Assembly: GCA_027339965.1 (NCBI GenBank)
Contig: DAHWNL010000006.1
Location: 1-64,000, forward strand
Direction: 5' to 3'
Source of the DNA: Granulicella sp.
GTDB taxonomy: Bacteria > Acidobacteriota > Terriglobia > Terriglobales > Acidobacteriaceae
DNA length: 64,000 bases
Each line of letters begins with the position of its first letter. The stretch's first letter is position 1. The notes under the pieces are model-generated. The model did not search any database and was not told the origin of the DNA. It saw only the letters and a program-made list of their open reading frames with translations. This document shows positions 38,547 to 49,452 of this stretch, piece by piece. The position numbers were made by a program, and so were the translations under genes.

Positions 38547-40586
38547 CTATCGCCTCGCCTTGGTTGTTTTGGCCGTACTGCCAGACTTGGGTTTGACTTT
38601 GACAGCGCGCTTGCCTGAAGCCGGTCTGACTGCGGGCTTGCTCTTGGCCGCGCCGACGCCAGGCTTCTTCAACGGGGCCGTCCCCTTCTGGTTCTTGGCC
38701 GCAGCCGGCTTTCCTTGAGCAGCCTTCCCCACAGGTTGCCGGCCGGAAGCCGCCTGCGCCAGCGGCTTCTTCTGCGCAACGGACTTCCTTGAGGACTTCT
38801 TCAGGACAGGTTTCGCCACAGCTTTCTTCACCATCGGCTTCGAGACAGTCTTCTTGATCAGCTTGTTGGCGAGGGCCGCCTTCACCGCCGGTTTGGGCAG
38901 ATTTTTCTTTGCAACTTTCTTTGCAAGAACCTTTTTTACCAGAGATTTATCTGCCTTCTTCTGCGGCGAAGGTTTAATTTCCGTCTTAAAGTCTGACTTC
39001 CCTGTGGACTGGTTGACGGGAGCTGGAGCGGAGATCTTCTCAGCGAGTTTGGCACCGGCAACAGCAGGCTTCCCTTGAAGATCCTTTCCGGTCGCCGCAG
39101 CCGCCGGCTTGACCGGAACGGCAGGCTTGGCGGTGGTCTGCGGCCGTGCCGCGGCCGTCTCGGCAGGCGCTATTCCTGTCGGAGCTTGCTGCTCTGCGGC
39201 CGCCGCCAGGGTCAACCCTTCTTGAGCCTCCGTCGGCTTCTTGCCGCGCGGCTTGGTCATCTTGGCCTCGCGCTTTACGGCCTTCCTCCGAATGGGAGCG
39301 GAGGGAGCCGGAGCCGGCGGAGAGTAGGGCTCCAGAAAAGCTCGGATCGCCTCCGGAGTCTCCAGCTTGCCGTCCATCATGGAATAAAAGAGCCTCTCCA
39401 CAAGCTCGCCGTACTCCGGCAGGGCAGGGGTGATACGCATCTCCTGCATGACCTGGTAAGGAATCTTCTGCCGAGCCTGGGCCCACTCGTTGAAGAACGC
39501 ATCCAGCCGCTCCTTGACAGTGGCGCTCTTGTTGCTATGCGCCAGCCACAACACCGCCTCCGGCTTGGCTGCAAACAGCATCTTCCACGCATCGGATGGC
39601 GCTGCGGCGGCCTTGCTGCCAAATAGAGTGGCAAATGCTTTGGTATCCGCCTCCAAAGCCTCAATCTGCTCGACAAATCCAGGCCGGGCAAAGCTCTTCT
39701 TGAGGCCCGCCACTTCCTTGGAGCCCAGCTTCGCCGTCAGCAGGGGAAAATATGCCGCCGAAGGCTCGGGATAGATCCCCATCGTCTCCAGCCGTCCCAC
39801 CGTATCCCGCAGTCTGTCCAGTTCTGCCTCATTCACCTTTGCTGAACTCCAGGCCGAAGAGAGCACTGAGGCCCAGCCTTCCGCCTCTAGGTGGCGCAGA
39901 ACCCGAAGAGGATCTTCCTCGTGGAAGACCTCTTCCAGCTCATAGTGCTTCAGCCATGGCTGCAGAGCCGCGATCGCGTTCTCCGCCTTGGCGTTCTCAT
40001 AGCGCTGCCGCGTCTTCTCTTCCATCTGCCAACCCAGCCGCGCCGTCAATCGCGCCGCCCGGATCATCCGCGAAGGGTCTTCCAGAAAACCATAGTTGGA
40101 CACCAGCCGCAGTTCGCGGTTTTCGATGTCCGCCACGCCGTTCAACGGATCCATCAGTAGCCCAAAGGAACCGTCATTGAGCGACAAGGCCATGGCATTG
40201 GCCGTAAAGTCCCTGCGATGCAAATCGTCCAGAATCGTCGCCGGCTTATAAACCGGCTTGCCCGGCTTGGGGTAACTGACGCTCAGCGTCGATCCCACTG
40301 ACAGCCGCACCCCTCTGGCAAAGGTGTAGTAAAGGCACTGAGTAGCCTCGTCTTCTCCAGCCAGGATACCCCCCGCCTTTTGCAACTCCTTGTTGAACTT
40401 AAGGGCGTTCCCTTGCACCACAAGATCAAGGTCGCGAATGGGAGCGCCGCTGATCAGGTCCCGCACCGCTCCGCCGACCAGAAAAACGGTCATCAGGCGC
40501 GCCTTGGCGACCTTGCGAACTTCTTCCAGGGCGGATTGCTGGGCAGAAGTCAAACGCGTTTGCAGCAAATAAATGTAGTCAGCCAT
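38547..40586 (-). CDS. Class II tRNA nucleotidyltransferase with long Lys/Ala/Pro-rich C-terminal tail
   Basis: VGGAVRD...DLD, RRDFTANAM and EDPSRMIRAAR motifs; about 255 aa basic low-complexity tail. Confidence 0.88.
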   Translation of the reverse strand: MADYIYLLQTRLTSAQQSALEEVRKVAKARLMTVFLVGGAVRDLISGAPIRDLDLVVQGNALKFNKELQKAGGILAGEDEATQCLYYTFARGVRLSVGSTLSVSYPKPGKPVYKPATILDDLHRRDFTANAMALSLNDGSFGLLMDPLNGVADIENRELRLVSNYGFLEDPSRMIRAARLTARLGWQMEEKTRQRYENAKAENAIAALQPWLKHYELEEVFHEEDPLRVLRHLEAEGWASVLSSAWSSAKVNEAELDRLRDTVGRLETMGIYPEPSAAYFPLLTAKLGSKEVAGLKKSFARPGFVEQIEALEADTKAFATLFGSKAAAAPSDAWKMLFAAKPEAVLWLAHSNKSATVKERLDAFFNEWAQARQKIPYQVMQEMRITPALPEYGELVERLFYSMMDGKLETPEAIRAFLEPYSPPAPAPSAPIRRKAVKREAKMTKPRGKKPTEAQEGLTLAAAAEQQAPTGIAPAETAAARPQTTAKPAVPVKPAAAATGKDLQGKPAVAGAKLAEKISAPAPVNQSTGKSDFKTEIKPSPQKKADKSLVKKVLAKKVAKKNLPKPAVKAALANKLIKKTVSKPMVKKAVAKPVLKKSSRKSVAQKKPLAQAASGRQPVGKAAQGKPAAAKNQKGTAPLKKPGVGAAKSKPAVRPASGKRAVKVKPKSGSTAKTTKARR

Positions 40587-40748
40587 AAAGGTAGAACTTC
40601 AAAGGGATGTACGTTGCTCCGGGCCGCCGCCATCATCCCGAGGCTTCAACCCTAACTCGCTGCATATGAATGGTTTACAAAGCTGTAATGCAAGGCCACA
40701 ACGTCCGATTCTACACTCTTTTGAATCTCTTGGCTACTCTTTTGCGCT

Positions 40749-41306
40749 ATGATGGCTGCAGGACACGCTGTCCTCACCATGGCGCTAGCTCAAAAGAAAG
40801 CGGTTCTTCGCTCCTTCGCCAACATCCTCACTTGGGGATACCTCCCTCAAACGGGCTTCCTGGTAGAAAATCAGATTCAGCTTATGAAAGTGGATGGGCG
40901 TATAACCACCATTACTCTAAGCGGTTTGAAGCATATTGCTTATGTAAAAGACTTTAATCTGGATGATGCATTCGATCCAGAACGGATCGGCCGCAGGGTC
41001 TTTCCAGCCCGTCCCCGTGGAGATGGGCTCTGGGTTCGGCTCACCCTCCGTGATCATGAAGTTCTGGAAGGGCTTGCCTCCTTGGATCTTGCCTCTCTCG
41101 ATTCTCTTGTGAAGGATCAAGGTCTCTTTCTCACCCCTCCCGATCTCCGCTCCAACACGCAGCGTCTCTTTATTCCTCGCCCTGCGCTCATCTCGGTTGA
41201 GGTTCTTGGGTTCGTCGCGGCTCCCTCCCGCCGTTCCTCCCTCTCTGCAGACCCGGCCAAACACAAGACGCTCCCCGGCGCGCAGCCAGGTCTTTTTGAC
41301 CAATAA
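40749..41306 (+). CDS. Conserved hypothetical protein (resembles DUF6982)
   Basis: 185 aa ORF upstream of lpxD; RPRGDGLWVRL and PPDLRSNTQRLFIPR; family assignment is from memory only. Confidence 0.6.
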   Translation: MMAAGHAVLTMALAQKKAVLRSFANILTWGYLPQTGFLVENQIQLMKVDGRITTITLSGLKHIAYVKDFNLDDAFDPERIGRRVFPARPRGDGLWVRLTLRDHEVLEGLASLDLASLDSLVKDQGLFLTPPDLRSNTQRLFIPRPALISVEVLGFVAAPSRRSSLSADPAKHKTLPGAQPGLFDQ

Positions 41307-41327
41307 AGGCCGAGTAAAATCAGATGC

Positions 41328-42374
41328 ATGAAGCTGAGCGAGTTAGCGGAAATCCTGGCGGCGACGCTGGTTCCCGGCCAAGGCCAGTCCATGGAATCCG
41401 CCGCTGCCGTGGTGATCGAGGATGTCTCCGCCATTGAGACCGCCGGTGCAACTCATCTATCCTTTGTCGCCAACCCAAAATATGCGCACCTGGCGCATAC
41501 TACCCGAGCCGGTGCGCTCATCGTCGAACCCGGCTTTGCTGCCCTGAAGACTCCCACGCTTCGCATCCCCACCCCCTATCTCGCCTGGTCGCAGGCGATC
41601 GGCCTCTTTCATCCGGCCCCATCCTACCCGCCGGGGGTCCATCCCACCGCGGTCATCGCTCCCACTGCCACCCTTGGAGCCCGAGCCCACATTGGAGCCT
41701 ATGTGGTCATCGGTCCGGACTGCCGCATTGGGGATGACGCCGTTCTGCTTTCCCATACCGTTCTCTACCCTGGAGTTCAAGTAGGTCACCGATTCCTGGC
41801 CCACGCGCACAGCGTGATTCGAGAGAACTGCCGGATTGGCGATGACGTGATCCTGCAGAATGGAGCCATCATCGGAGCTGATGGCTTTGGCTTCGCGAAA
41901 GACGCCGAGGGCCGCTGGGTCAAGATCCTGCAATCCGGTCCCGCGGTTCTGGAGGATGCCGTTGAGGTGCAGGCCAACGCGTGCGTGGATCGCGCTTCCG
42001 TGGGTACAACCCACATTGCGTCCGGGGTCAAGATCGACAATCTCGTCCAGGTGGGCCACGGGTGCTCGGTAGGCAAGGACACGCTTCTTTGCGCCCAGAC
42101 CGGACTCAGCGGATCCACCATCGTGGGCAAAGGCGTCATTCTGGCCGGCCAGGTCGGCGCCGCCGGGCACCTGACCATCGGCGACGGAGCCATCGCCACA
42201 GCCCAGACCGGCATTCCCTCTGACGTCGCTCCGGGTGCCGTCGTCAGTGGTTACCCTGCCACCGACAATCGCACCTGGCTGCGCACGGTGGCCGCTCTCG
42301 CCCGCCTGCCCGAACTTCTCAAGCGCGTTGCGGCCCTGGAAAAACTCCTTGGCTCCCGCCCAGACCGATCCTGA
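41328..42374 (+). CDS. lpxD: UDP-3-O-(3-hydroxyacyl)glucosamine N-acyltransferase
   Basis: LSFVANPKY, hexapeptide repeats, IGADGFGF and KIDNLVQVGH motifs. Confidence 0.97.
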   Translation: MKLSELAEILAATLVPGQGQSMESAAAVVIEDVSAIETAGATHLSFVANPKYAHLAHTTRAGALIVEPGFAALKTPTLRIPTPYLAWSQAIGLFHPAPSYPPGVHPTAVIAPTATLGARAHIGAYVVIGPDCRIGDDAVLLSHTVLYPGVQVGHRFLAHAHSVIRENCRIGDDVILQNGAIIGADGFGFAKDAEGRWVKILQSGPAVLEDAVEVQANACVDRASVGTTHIASGVKIDNLVQVGHGCSVGKDTLLCAQTGLSGSTIVGKGVILAGQVGAAGHLTIGDGAIATAQTGIPSDVAPGAVVSGYPATDNRTWLRTVAALARLPELLKRVAALEKLLGSRPDRS

Positions 42375-42408
42375 ACGAAACCATCGGCAGAACTGCTAGG
42401 CTTAAGCA

Positions 42409-42846
42409 ATGAAGTACTCCGCCCCCAACGTCCGGCTGCGTCCTTGGAGTTCTTTGGAGGCTGAGAGTCCGGCAGGGCCGCCGCGCCGCCTCCGCTTGGC
42501 AACAGTGCTCCCCATGGTTGCAGCCGGAGCCTGGGCCAGCCTGATCGGCTGCCACTCGCCGTACGTGGCAATGACGGTCCACAATGCTGGAGCACAGCCA
42601 GTCTCTCTGATCGAGGTTGACTATCCTGACGCCAGCTTCGGGATTGACGCGCTTGCCGCCGGGGCCAGTTACCGCTACAGCTTCCAGATCCTGGGAAGCG
42701 GACCCACCAAGATCTCCTGGACCGATGCGAGCCGGAAAAGCCATGCCTCTGCCGGGCCCGAGCTGCAGGAGGGCCAGCAGGGCACCCTCCGGGCCACGCT
42801 CAACGGAAAGACGGCGATCTGGCAAGCCAGCATTCGATCCCACTGA
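42409..42846 (+). CDS. Hypothetical lipoprotein
   Basis: Hydrophobic stretch ending in a LIGC lipobox-like motif, then a beta-rich domain; between lpxD and tmk; start uncertain. Confidence 0.55.
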   Translation: MKYSAPNVRLRPWSSLEAESPAGPPRRLRLATVLPMVAAGAWASLIGCHSPYVAMTVHNAGAQPVSLIEVDYPDASFGIDALAAGASYRYSFQILGSGPTKISWTDASRKSHASAGPELQEGQQGTLRATLNGKTAIWQASIRSH

Positions 42847-42911
42847 TGCCTCGTGGTCTCCATCTCTCACGGCTCGCCGGCTTCCTGCGGGCTTTGCAGT
42901 AGACTCCAATC

Positions 42912-43622
42912 GTGAGCCAAGCAAGCAGAAACCCCTCCAGCGCCGGTCTCTTCATCAGCTTTGAAGGTCTCGACGGATCCGGTAAAACCACCCAGCTGAG
43001 GCTGCTGGGAGATGCGCTGCGCGCCGACGGGCATCGCGTCATCACTCTCCGCCAGCCCGGGGGAACGCCGCTGGGCAACCGCATTCGCTCCATTCTGCTG
43101 GATTCGGGCAGTGACGCCGACCTGGGCACCATTGCTCCGGAAGCCGAACTGGCCCTGATGTTCGCCGATCGTGCTCAAAGCCTGCGCGAGGTGATTCTGC
43201 CCGGGCTGGCTGACGGCAGCGTGGTGCTTTGCGACCGCTACACAGACTCCTCCGAGGCTTACCAGGGCGCCGGCCGCGGTCTGGGCTCAGACCGTGTTCT
43301 CGCGCTGCATCAAGCCCTCTGCAACAACCTCCAGCCGGACCTTACCATTCTTCTGCTTCCGCCCCTGGCTACGGCGCTGCGCCGCGCCCGAAGCCGCAAT
43401 GACCGGCACCTCCGCCAGATGGGGGCCGACGAGAATCGATTCGAAGCCGAGAGCAACGAGTTCTATGCTCGCGTCTACGATCAATACCTCGAGATCGCCC
43501 GCCGCAACGCGGACCGCCTTGTGGTCTTTCGCGGCGAGGACTCCATCGCCACCATTCAAAGGCTGATTCTGGATGTCGTGCGCGAGCGGCTCGCAGCTGC
43601 CGGACGGACGGGCGTGCCTTGA
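42912..43622 (+). CDS. tmk: Thymidylate kinase
   Basis: FEGLDGSGKTTQ, RQPGGT and DRYTDSSEAYQG motifs. Confidence 0.96.
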   Translation: MSQASRNPSSAGLFISFEGLDGSGKTTQLRLLGDALRADGHRVITLRQPGGTPLGNRIRSILLDSGSDADLGTIAPEAELALMFADRAQSLREVILPGLADGSVVLCDRYTDSSEAYQGAGRGLGSDRVLALHQALCNNLQPDLTILLLPPLATALRRARSRNDRHLRQMGADENRFEAESNEFYARVYDQYLEIARRNADRLVVFRGEDSIATIQRLILDVVRERLAAAGRTGVP

Positions 43623-43686
43623 ATGCGCAGCAGGCGGCTCCAGCCAGGCTCTCTGCCTCCCCAGCAGCGGAATGCCTTTCGGGGGC

Positions 43687-44412
43687 CTACAGCCACTTCA
43701 GAAACTCCCGGGCTAGGTCCAACTCCGGGAATAGCCGCTCCTCTGCCTGAAACTCCCGCGAATGCACGCAGCGGCGCCCGGCTCTCACCTTGATCGGGTG
43801 CTTCAAGTGCAGCATCTCGTGGTACAGCAGGTACTCGATGGCGTAACGCGGCGTGCCCGGCCGGTCAAAGACGCGGCTGACCACAATCGTGTTGTGCGCC
43901 GCGTCATAATGCCCCAGCATCCGCTTGGCCACGTGTGCGCTCCAGGTCAGAATTGGCCTTCCCATCAAACCATGGAAGAATCGCCGGTTCACAGACTCAA
44001 AGACCTCGTTCAGATCGTAGACCTCGCCCTGCGGCGAAGTGAGGATCTTTCGGCCGCGCATCTGCCGCAACCGTTCGGCCTGGCGGGAGACCGCTTCGGA
44101 GCGGGCAAAGCGCCGATACCGGTCCGCATGCATCGGCGCTACCGGCTTGCGGTACAGTTTCGCCAGCAAAATATGCGCAATTGCCTGGTGAACGCTCTCA
44201 GGAGCATCCTCCAGCAGGTCGGAAAGCCGGACCACCAACCGGCCCTTTCCCTCCTGGTCACGGCGCAGCCGAATCGTGGTATTCAGGCTGGTGAATCGCC
44301 GCAGCTTGACCTCCAGCAACGGCATGGGCGCCCTGGGCCGCAAGGCGCGGTACTCCTGCTCAAAGATCGAGAGGACCGAGAGGGGTACGCTTGGCAAAGC
44401 AGGACACGGCAC
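43687..44412 (-). CDS. SprT/YgjP-like zinc metalloprotease domain protein
   Basis: YLLYHEMLH (HExxH) and downstream HSREF. Confidence 0.8.
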   Translation of the reverse strand: MPCPALPSVPLSVLSIFEQEYRALRPRAPMPLLEVKLRRFTSLNTTIRLRRDQEGKGRLVVRLSDLLEDAPESVHQAIAHILLAKLYRKPVAPMHADRYRRFARSEAVSRQAERLRQMRGRKILTSPQGEVYDLNEVFESVNRRFFHGLMGRPILTWSAHVAKRMLGHYDAAHNTIVVSRVFDRPGTPRYAIEYLLYHEMLHLKHPIKVRAGRRCVHSREFQAEERLFPELDLAREFLKWL

Positions 44413-44459
44413 GCTGGCATCAGCGTATCATGCTGACTTGCAGAAGGCGCGGTGCCTTA

Positions 44460-45833
44460 TCAGCGCGCGCTTTCCAACAAGTTGATTCTCTGTTTTGCCT
44501 GCCACTCCTGATCGGGAAACTTTCCGGCGGCTGCGGCAAGAAACTCCTTGTATGCCTTGATCGCCCGTTGCCGATGGCGCAGATGATCCTCGGCAGTGGC
44601 CTGCAAAAACAGTGACGTGGGCGAGTCCGGCAGCACCGTGGCCCGCGCCGCCAGCGCCTGCAGGCAGGTCTGGGGATCGTTGTTCTTGGACGCCGCAAAC
44701 GCCAGATGGCCTTCGGCCGCTCCCCACGCCTTATCGTCGCCAAAGGCTGCGCGCGAGGCAACTGCCTTCTCCAGAGTCGCTTCAGCTGCCGCATCCTGCC
44801 CTTGTTTGACCTGCGCGCTGCCAAGCGCATCCAGCAGCATCGGATCATTCGGGCGCAGGGCCAGCAACTGCAGATCGAGTTGTTCTGCTTTCGCATTGTC
44901 GCCGCTGACATCGTAGAGCTGAGCCAGAAGTTCGGTGGTATCGGGATCGGCTGCAATCTTGGGGTCGGAAGAGCGCAACTGCTCCAGCAGCGGAATGGCC
45001 GCCGCGGCCTTCCCCTCGGCCGCGTAGACCTCCGCAGCCTGCGCTACCAGACGCACATCCTGAGGATGCTCCTTCAACGCTGAGGACACCACCGCATCGG
45101 CCTGATCCAACTTGCCCTCCTTCTGCAACGCATGGGCAAGTCCCGCCTCCGCATCCACATTGCTGGGCATCAGGTTCAGCGTTTTCTGATACGCTGTCGC
45201 CGCATCGGCCCAATCCTTGGCGCGGTCGGCCAGGTCGGCGCTCATCAGCACATCGTCAGGAGTCGCCGGGGTCAGCTTGAGCGCGGCGAGCAACTCCTCC
45301 CGTGCCGCCTCCGGATCCTTCTGCTCGTCCAGATGCGCCAGGGCGCGCAGCGCCCGTGCGCGGAGATCCACGGATGCTGAGGCGAGATTGGATGCGGCCA
45401 GCAGCTCCTTGTGAGCCTGATCGAGGCGTCCGTCGCGCGCGTCCAGCAACCCTAGCGCAACCCGGGGCTCGGCAAACTGCGGCAAAGCCGCCACGGAGGC
45501 GGCATAGGCCTGCGCCGCCGCCGCTTCTTCTCCATTGCGTTCTTCGGCGAACCCAAGATCATATTGCACCCTGCCGTCCTTGGGGTTCTGCGCGGCCAGC
45601 AGCTTCAACGCGGCCTCGGCCTGCCCGTAGTTTTGCCGTTCCAGCGCGCTCTCCGCCGCCTCCACCTGCCTGCGGTAAACCTCTTGCTGGGAGCCGTCAT
45701 CCACGCTGTGCGTTCCTGGCGGAAGGGTCTGCGCCGCCGCGGAGAATACCCAGGCGGCCATCAGGCCGGCCATCGTCACGCAACGGCCGGCATATCCGGC
45801 AAAGGATGCGAAGGCCACACCATGGAACCTCAT
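44460..45833 (-). CDS. Exported tetratricopeptide repeat protein
   Basis: Signal-like N-terminus and multiple Ala/Leu-rich ~34-aa repeats ending in P. Confidence 0.85.
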   Translation of the reverse strand: MRFHGVAFASFAGYAGRCVTMAGLMAAWVFSAAAQTLPPGTHSVDDGSQQEVYRRQVEAAESALERQNYGQAEAALKLLAAQNPKDGRVQYDLGFAEERNGEEAAAAQAYAASVAALPQFAEPRVALGLLDARDGRLDQAHKELLAASNLASASVDLRARALRALAHLDEQKDPEAAREELLAALKLTPATPDDVLMSADLADRAKDWADAATAYQKTLNLMPSNVDAEAGLAHALQKEGKLDQADAVVSSALKEHPQDVRLVAQAAEVYAAEGKAAAAIPLLEQLRSSDPKIAADPDTTELLAQLYDVSGDNAKAEQLDLQLLALRPNDPMLLDALGSAQVKQGQDAAAEATLEKAVASRAAFGDDKAWGAAEGHLAFAASKNNDPQTCLQALAARATVLPDSPTSLFLQATAEDHLRHRQRAIKAYKEFLAAAAGKFPDQEWQAKQRINLLESAR

Positions 45834-48800
45834 GCCACCTCCTGCGTGGCCTGAGCGCCGGAGCCCTTCAATACCGATCTCAACCAGCGCCCCGTATGGG
45901 ACTCCGGCACGCCGGCAAGGTCCTCTGGAGTTCCAGCCGCCACAACCTGCCCGCCCCCTGCTCCGCCCTCCGGACCCATATCAATCACCCAATCGGCGCA
46001 TTTGATCACGTCCAGATTGTGCTCGATCACCAGCACGGATCCACCACCGTCGATCAGTTTTTGGAAGACGGTCAACAGCTTGGCCACATCTTCAAAGTGC
46101 AGCCCTGTGGTGGGCTCATCCAGGATATAGAGGATGCGGCTGGCTGTTCGCTTGGCTGCGCCGTGAACTCCCGCGGCCCCACCCGAGGCTCCGGCGCGGG
46201 CCGCGGCCAGATGTTGCGCCAGCTTCACCCGTTGCGCCTCTCCTCCACTCAGTGTGGTGGCGCTCTGGCCCAGGCGCACATAGCCCAGCCCTACTTCGTC
46301 CAGCACCGCCAGGCGATCGACAATCCTGGGATGGCCGGCAAAGTAGACCAGCGCCTCGCGAACCGTCATCTGCAACACATCGCAAATGTTCCTGGTCTTA
46401 TACTTCACCTCCAGAATGGAGGGCTGATAGCGCGTCCCATTGCACTGCTCGCACGGCAACTCGACATCGGCAAGGAACTGCATCTCCACGGTCACCACCC
46501 CGTCGCCTTCGCATACGTCGCAGCGACCGCCCGGAACATTGAAGGAAAAAGATCCTGCCGTCAGGCCCTTTCGCCGCGCATCCGGCTGAGCCGCAAACAG
46601 CTCCCGGATCGCGTCAAAGGCTTTGATATAGGTCACCGGGTTGGAGCGCGGCGTCCGTCCAATCGGTGACTGATCCACCAGGACCACATCGTTCAAATAC
46701 TGCGATCCCGAGATCTCCCGATACAGGCTTGCGGACTCCTGCCCTCCTTCCTCTTTGCCCAACGCCCGCAGCAGCGCGCCATAGAGCACCTGATGCACCA
46801 GCGTCGATTTACCCGACCCAGAGACGCCGGTTACGCAGCACAACAGCCCCAAGGGAATCTCTACGTCCGCGCCGCGCAAGTTGTGAAGTCTGGCTCCCTT
46901 CAGCAGCAGCCGCTCCCGCTCCCGCTCCAGGCGATGGCGGGGAACGCTGATCTTCGACCGGCCGCTCAGATAGCGTCCGGTCAGGGATGTGGGAATCTCC
47001 TTTACCTCGTCAGGGGAGCCTGCGGCCAGCAACTCTCCACCCAACTCGCCCGCGCCCGGCCCCAGGTCGAGCAGATGGTCAGCGGCCCGGATCACCTCTG
47101 GATCGTGTTCCACCACCAGAATGGTATTACCCAGGTCGCGTAGCTCCTCCATGATTTGGATCAACTTGGCAGTATCCCGCGCGTGCAGCCCAATTGAGGG
47201 CTCATCCAGCACGTAGAGCGCTCCCACCAGACGAGAACCCAGGCTTGCGGCCAGTTGGATGCGCTGGGATTCTCCTCCACTCAACGTGGAGCTCAGCCGG
47301 TCCAGGGTCAGATACTCCAGCCCCACCTGTTGCAGAAAGCGCACTCTTTGGCGCACCTCTTCCAGCACCTTGCCGGCTATCTCCTGCTGCGCTGGACTCA
47401 GCTTCAGCCTTTCCAGGAACTCCCGCGCCTCCATGATGGTGAACGCACAGAGTGCGCTGAGGTTTTTCCCCTCCAGGAGAACCGCGCGCGCTTCCGCGCG
47501 AAGACGCTGGCCTCGGCAATCCGGGCAGAGAGCATATCCACGGTAACGGGAGAGGAAGACGCGGATGTGCAGCTTGTACTTCTTGCGCTCCAGTTCGGCA
47601 AAGAAACCGCGGATCCCAGGCCAGTGCGGGCAGGACCCGGAGCCTGCTCCGCCCTCTTCGATAAATCGACGTTGTCCCTCGCTCAGATCAAACCAGGGCA
47701 CATCCAGCGGAATCCCCTCCGCCTTGGCGGCGCGTCTCATCTCCCCTTGCCAGGAACGGTACTTTGGCTTGGTCCAGGGATCGATCGCGCCTTCATCGAG
47801 CGTCTTGGCGGGATTGGGAACGATCAGATTGGGATCAAAGTCGATGGTGTTGCCGAATCCCTGGCAACGCGGGCAAGCTCCGTAGGGATTGTTGAAACTA
47901 AACAGACTCGGCTCCGGCTCGCGATAGGCACGGTGGCAGTCAGAGCACTTGAAGGCGGCTGAGTAACGCAGCATGGATTCGCCGGAGCGCGTCTCTGCCC
48001 CTCCATCCCTTGGAACCGTCCGGAACACAATCTCTCCCGCCTCACGATACCCGGTCTCGATCGCATCCACGATCCGCGGCCGAAGATCGGGCGAGAGCAC
48101 CAACCGGTCCACCAGAACATAGATCGGCCGCTCCAGGGATGCCGCAAAGTCCAACTCCAGCAGAGACTCCGGAGTAGAGAATTCAACAATCCTGCCCGCT
48201 CCTTCGCCCGTCTCCGCCTGCCAGAGCCGGTTATACCCGCGCCGGCGGAGATCTCCCAGGCGTTGCCGCATCCACTCCCCGCCGAATTCCTGGCCAGGCA
48301 CGTGCCCGCTCTGGGACTCCACGGTCTTCCGGCCCGCTTTGCCCGCTTTTTTGCTGGGCGTCTTCGCTACCCGAACGCTGCTTTCGTCCTCGCCAGGTTT
48401 GGCGATCGAATCAAACTCCCGTAGCGTCTCCATCTTCACATGGCTGCGCACCACGGGGAACAGGACATACAGGCGTGTGCCTTCAGCCAGACCGAAGATC
48501 CGCGTCACAATCTCGTCCACGGTATCGCGGCGCACAATGCCTCCACAGTGAAGGCAAGTCACCGTCCCACAGCGGGCATAGAGCAGGCGAAGATAATCGT
48601 AGATCTCCGTGGCCGTGGCCACCGTGGAGCGCGGATTGCGGGTTTGATTCTTCTGGCGAATGGCGATCGCGGGGGCCAGGCCATCGATGGAATCCACCGC
48701 AGGCTTCTCCATACGCTCCAGAAACTGCCGGGCATAGGCGGAGAGGCTCTCGACGTAACGCCTCTGTCCTTCGGCGTACACCGTATCAAACGCCAGCGAG

Positions 48801-48940
48801 GACTTCCCTGAACCCGACACGCCGCTGACCACCACCAGAGCATGGTGCGGTATATCGACATCGATGCCCTTCAGGTTATGGGTTCGCGCGCCGCGAATCG
48901 TAATCTTGTCCTTTGGAGCATCCTTCCCCATGGGACTCAT
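45830..48940 (-). CDS. uvrA: Excinuclease ABC subunit A
   Basis: Two GVSGSGKS Walker A motifs, LSGGE signatures, zinc fingers, NPRSTV and PRSNPVTY. Confidence 0.96.
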   Translation of the reverse strand: MSPMGKDAPKDKITIRGARTHNLKGIDVDIPHHALVVVSGVSGSGKSSLAFDTVYAEGQRRYVESLSAYARQFLERMEKPAVDSIDGLAPAIAIRQKNQTRNPRSTVATATEIYDYLRLLYARCGTVTCLHCGGIVRRDTVDEIVTRIFGLAEGTRLYVLFPVVRSHVKMETLREFDSIAKPGEDESSVRVAKTPSKKAGKAGRKTVESQSGHVPGQEFGGEWMRQRLGDLRRRGYNRLWQAETGEGAGRIVEFSTPESLLELDFAASLERPIYVLVDRLVLSPDLRPRIVDAIETGYREAGEIVFRTVPRDGGAETRSGESMLRYSAAFKCSDCHRAYREPEPSLFSFNNPYGACPRCQGFGNTIDFDPNLIVPNPAKTLDEGAIDPWTKPKYRSWQGEMRRAAKAEGIPLDVPWFDLSEGQRRFIEEGGAGSGSCPHWPGIRGFFAELERKKYKLHIRVFLSRYRGYALCPDCRGQRLRAEARAVLLEGKNLSALCAFTIMEAREFLERLKLSPAQQEIAGKVLEEVRQRVRFLQQVGLEYLTLDRLSSTLSGGESQRIQLAASLGSRLVGALYVLDEPSIGLHARDTAKLIQIMEELRDLGNTILVVEHDPEVIRAADHLLDLGPGAGELGGELLAAGSPDEVKEIPTSLTGRYLSGRSKISVPRHRLERERERLLLKGARLHNLRGADVEIPLGLLCCVTGVSGSGKSTLVHQVLYGALLRALGKEEGGQESASLYREISGSQYLNDVVLVDQSPIGRTPRSNPVTYIKAFDAIRELFAAQPDARRKGLTAGSFSFNVPGGRCDVCEGDGVVTVEMQFLADVELPCEQCNGTRYQPSILEVKYKTRNICDVLQMTVREALVYFAGHPRIVDRLAVLDEVGLGYVRLGQSATTLSGGEAQRVKLAQHLAAARAGASGGAAGVHGAAKRTASRILYILDEPTTGLHFEDVAKLLTVFQKLIDGGGSVLVIEHNLDVIKCADWVIDMGPEGGAGGGQVVAAGTPEDLAGVPESHTGRWLRSVLKGSGAQATQEVA

Positions 48941-49452
48941 TCACTCCTTTGTGGCCAGAGCATCTCCAGCAGCAGCAGGCTTACCCCAACGACAATCGAC
49001 GAGTCCGCCACATTGAAGTCCGGCCAGTGATAGTGGATGATGTGTACTTCTAGAAAATCGATGACGTAGCCGAAATGCACGCGGTCATAAAGATTTCCAC
49101 AGGCCCCGCCAAGGATCAGCGCCAAGCCCACCGATGTTGCGCTCAACCTCCGGCCTGTCTTCCACAGCAGCAGCAGAACCACCGCAACGGCAAGCAGAGA
49201 GAAGCCCACCAGAAAGTGCCGCACCAGCGCAGGGGATCCACTTCCCTCAAACAAGTTGAAGGATGCGCCGGGATTGAGCACATGGGTGAGGCGGAAGACT
49301 CTGGGAAGCACCACGATCGCCTGACCGGGCACGATATGAGCTGCGATCCAGCGCTTGCTCGCGCGGTCCAGCAGGATTACCGCGGCTGCGATGACAAACA
49401 TCAACCAACGCATATCCGGCCCCATTCTTTGCTTAGGAATAGTTGCGGGCAT
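48937..49452 (-). CDS. lspA: Lipoprotein signal peptidase II
   Basis: NPGASF, GNLYDR, VIDF and FNVAD motifs. Confidence 0.96.
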   Translation of the reverse strand: MPATIPKQRMGPDMRWLMFVIAAAVILLDRASKRWIAAHIVPGQAIVVLPRVFRLTHVLNPGASFNLFEGSGSPALVRHFLVGFSLLAVAVVLLLLWKTGRRLSATSVGLALILGGACGNLYDRVHFGYVIDFLEVHIIHYHWPDFNVADSSIVVGVSLLLLEMLWPQRSE

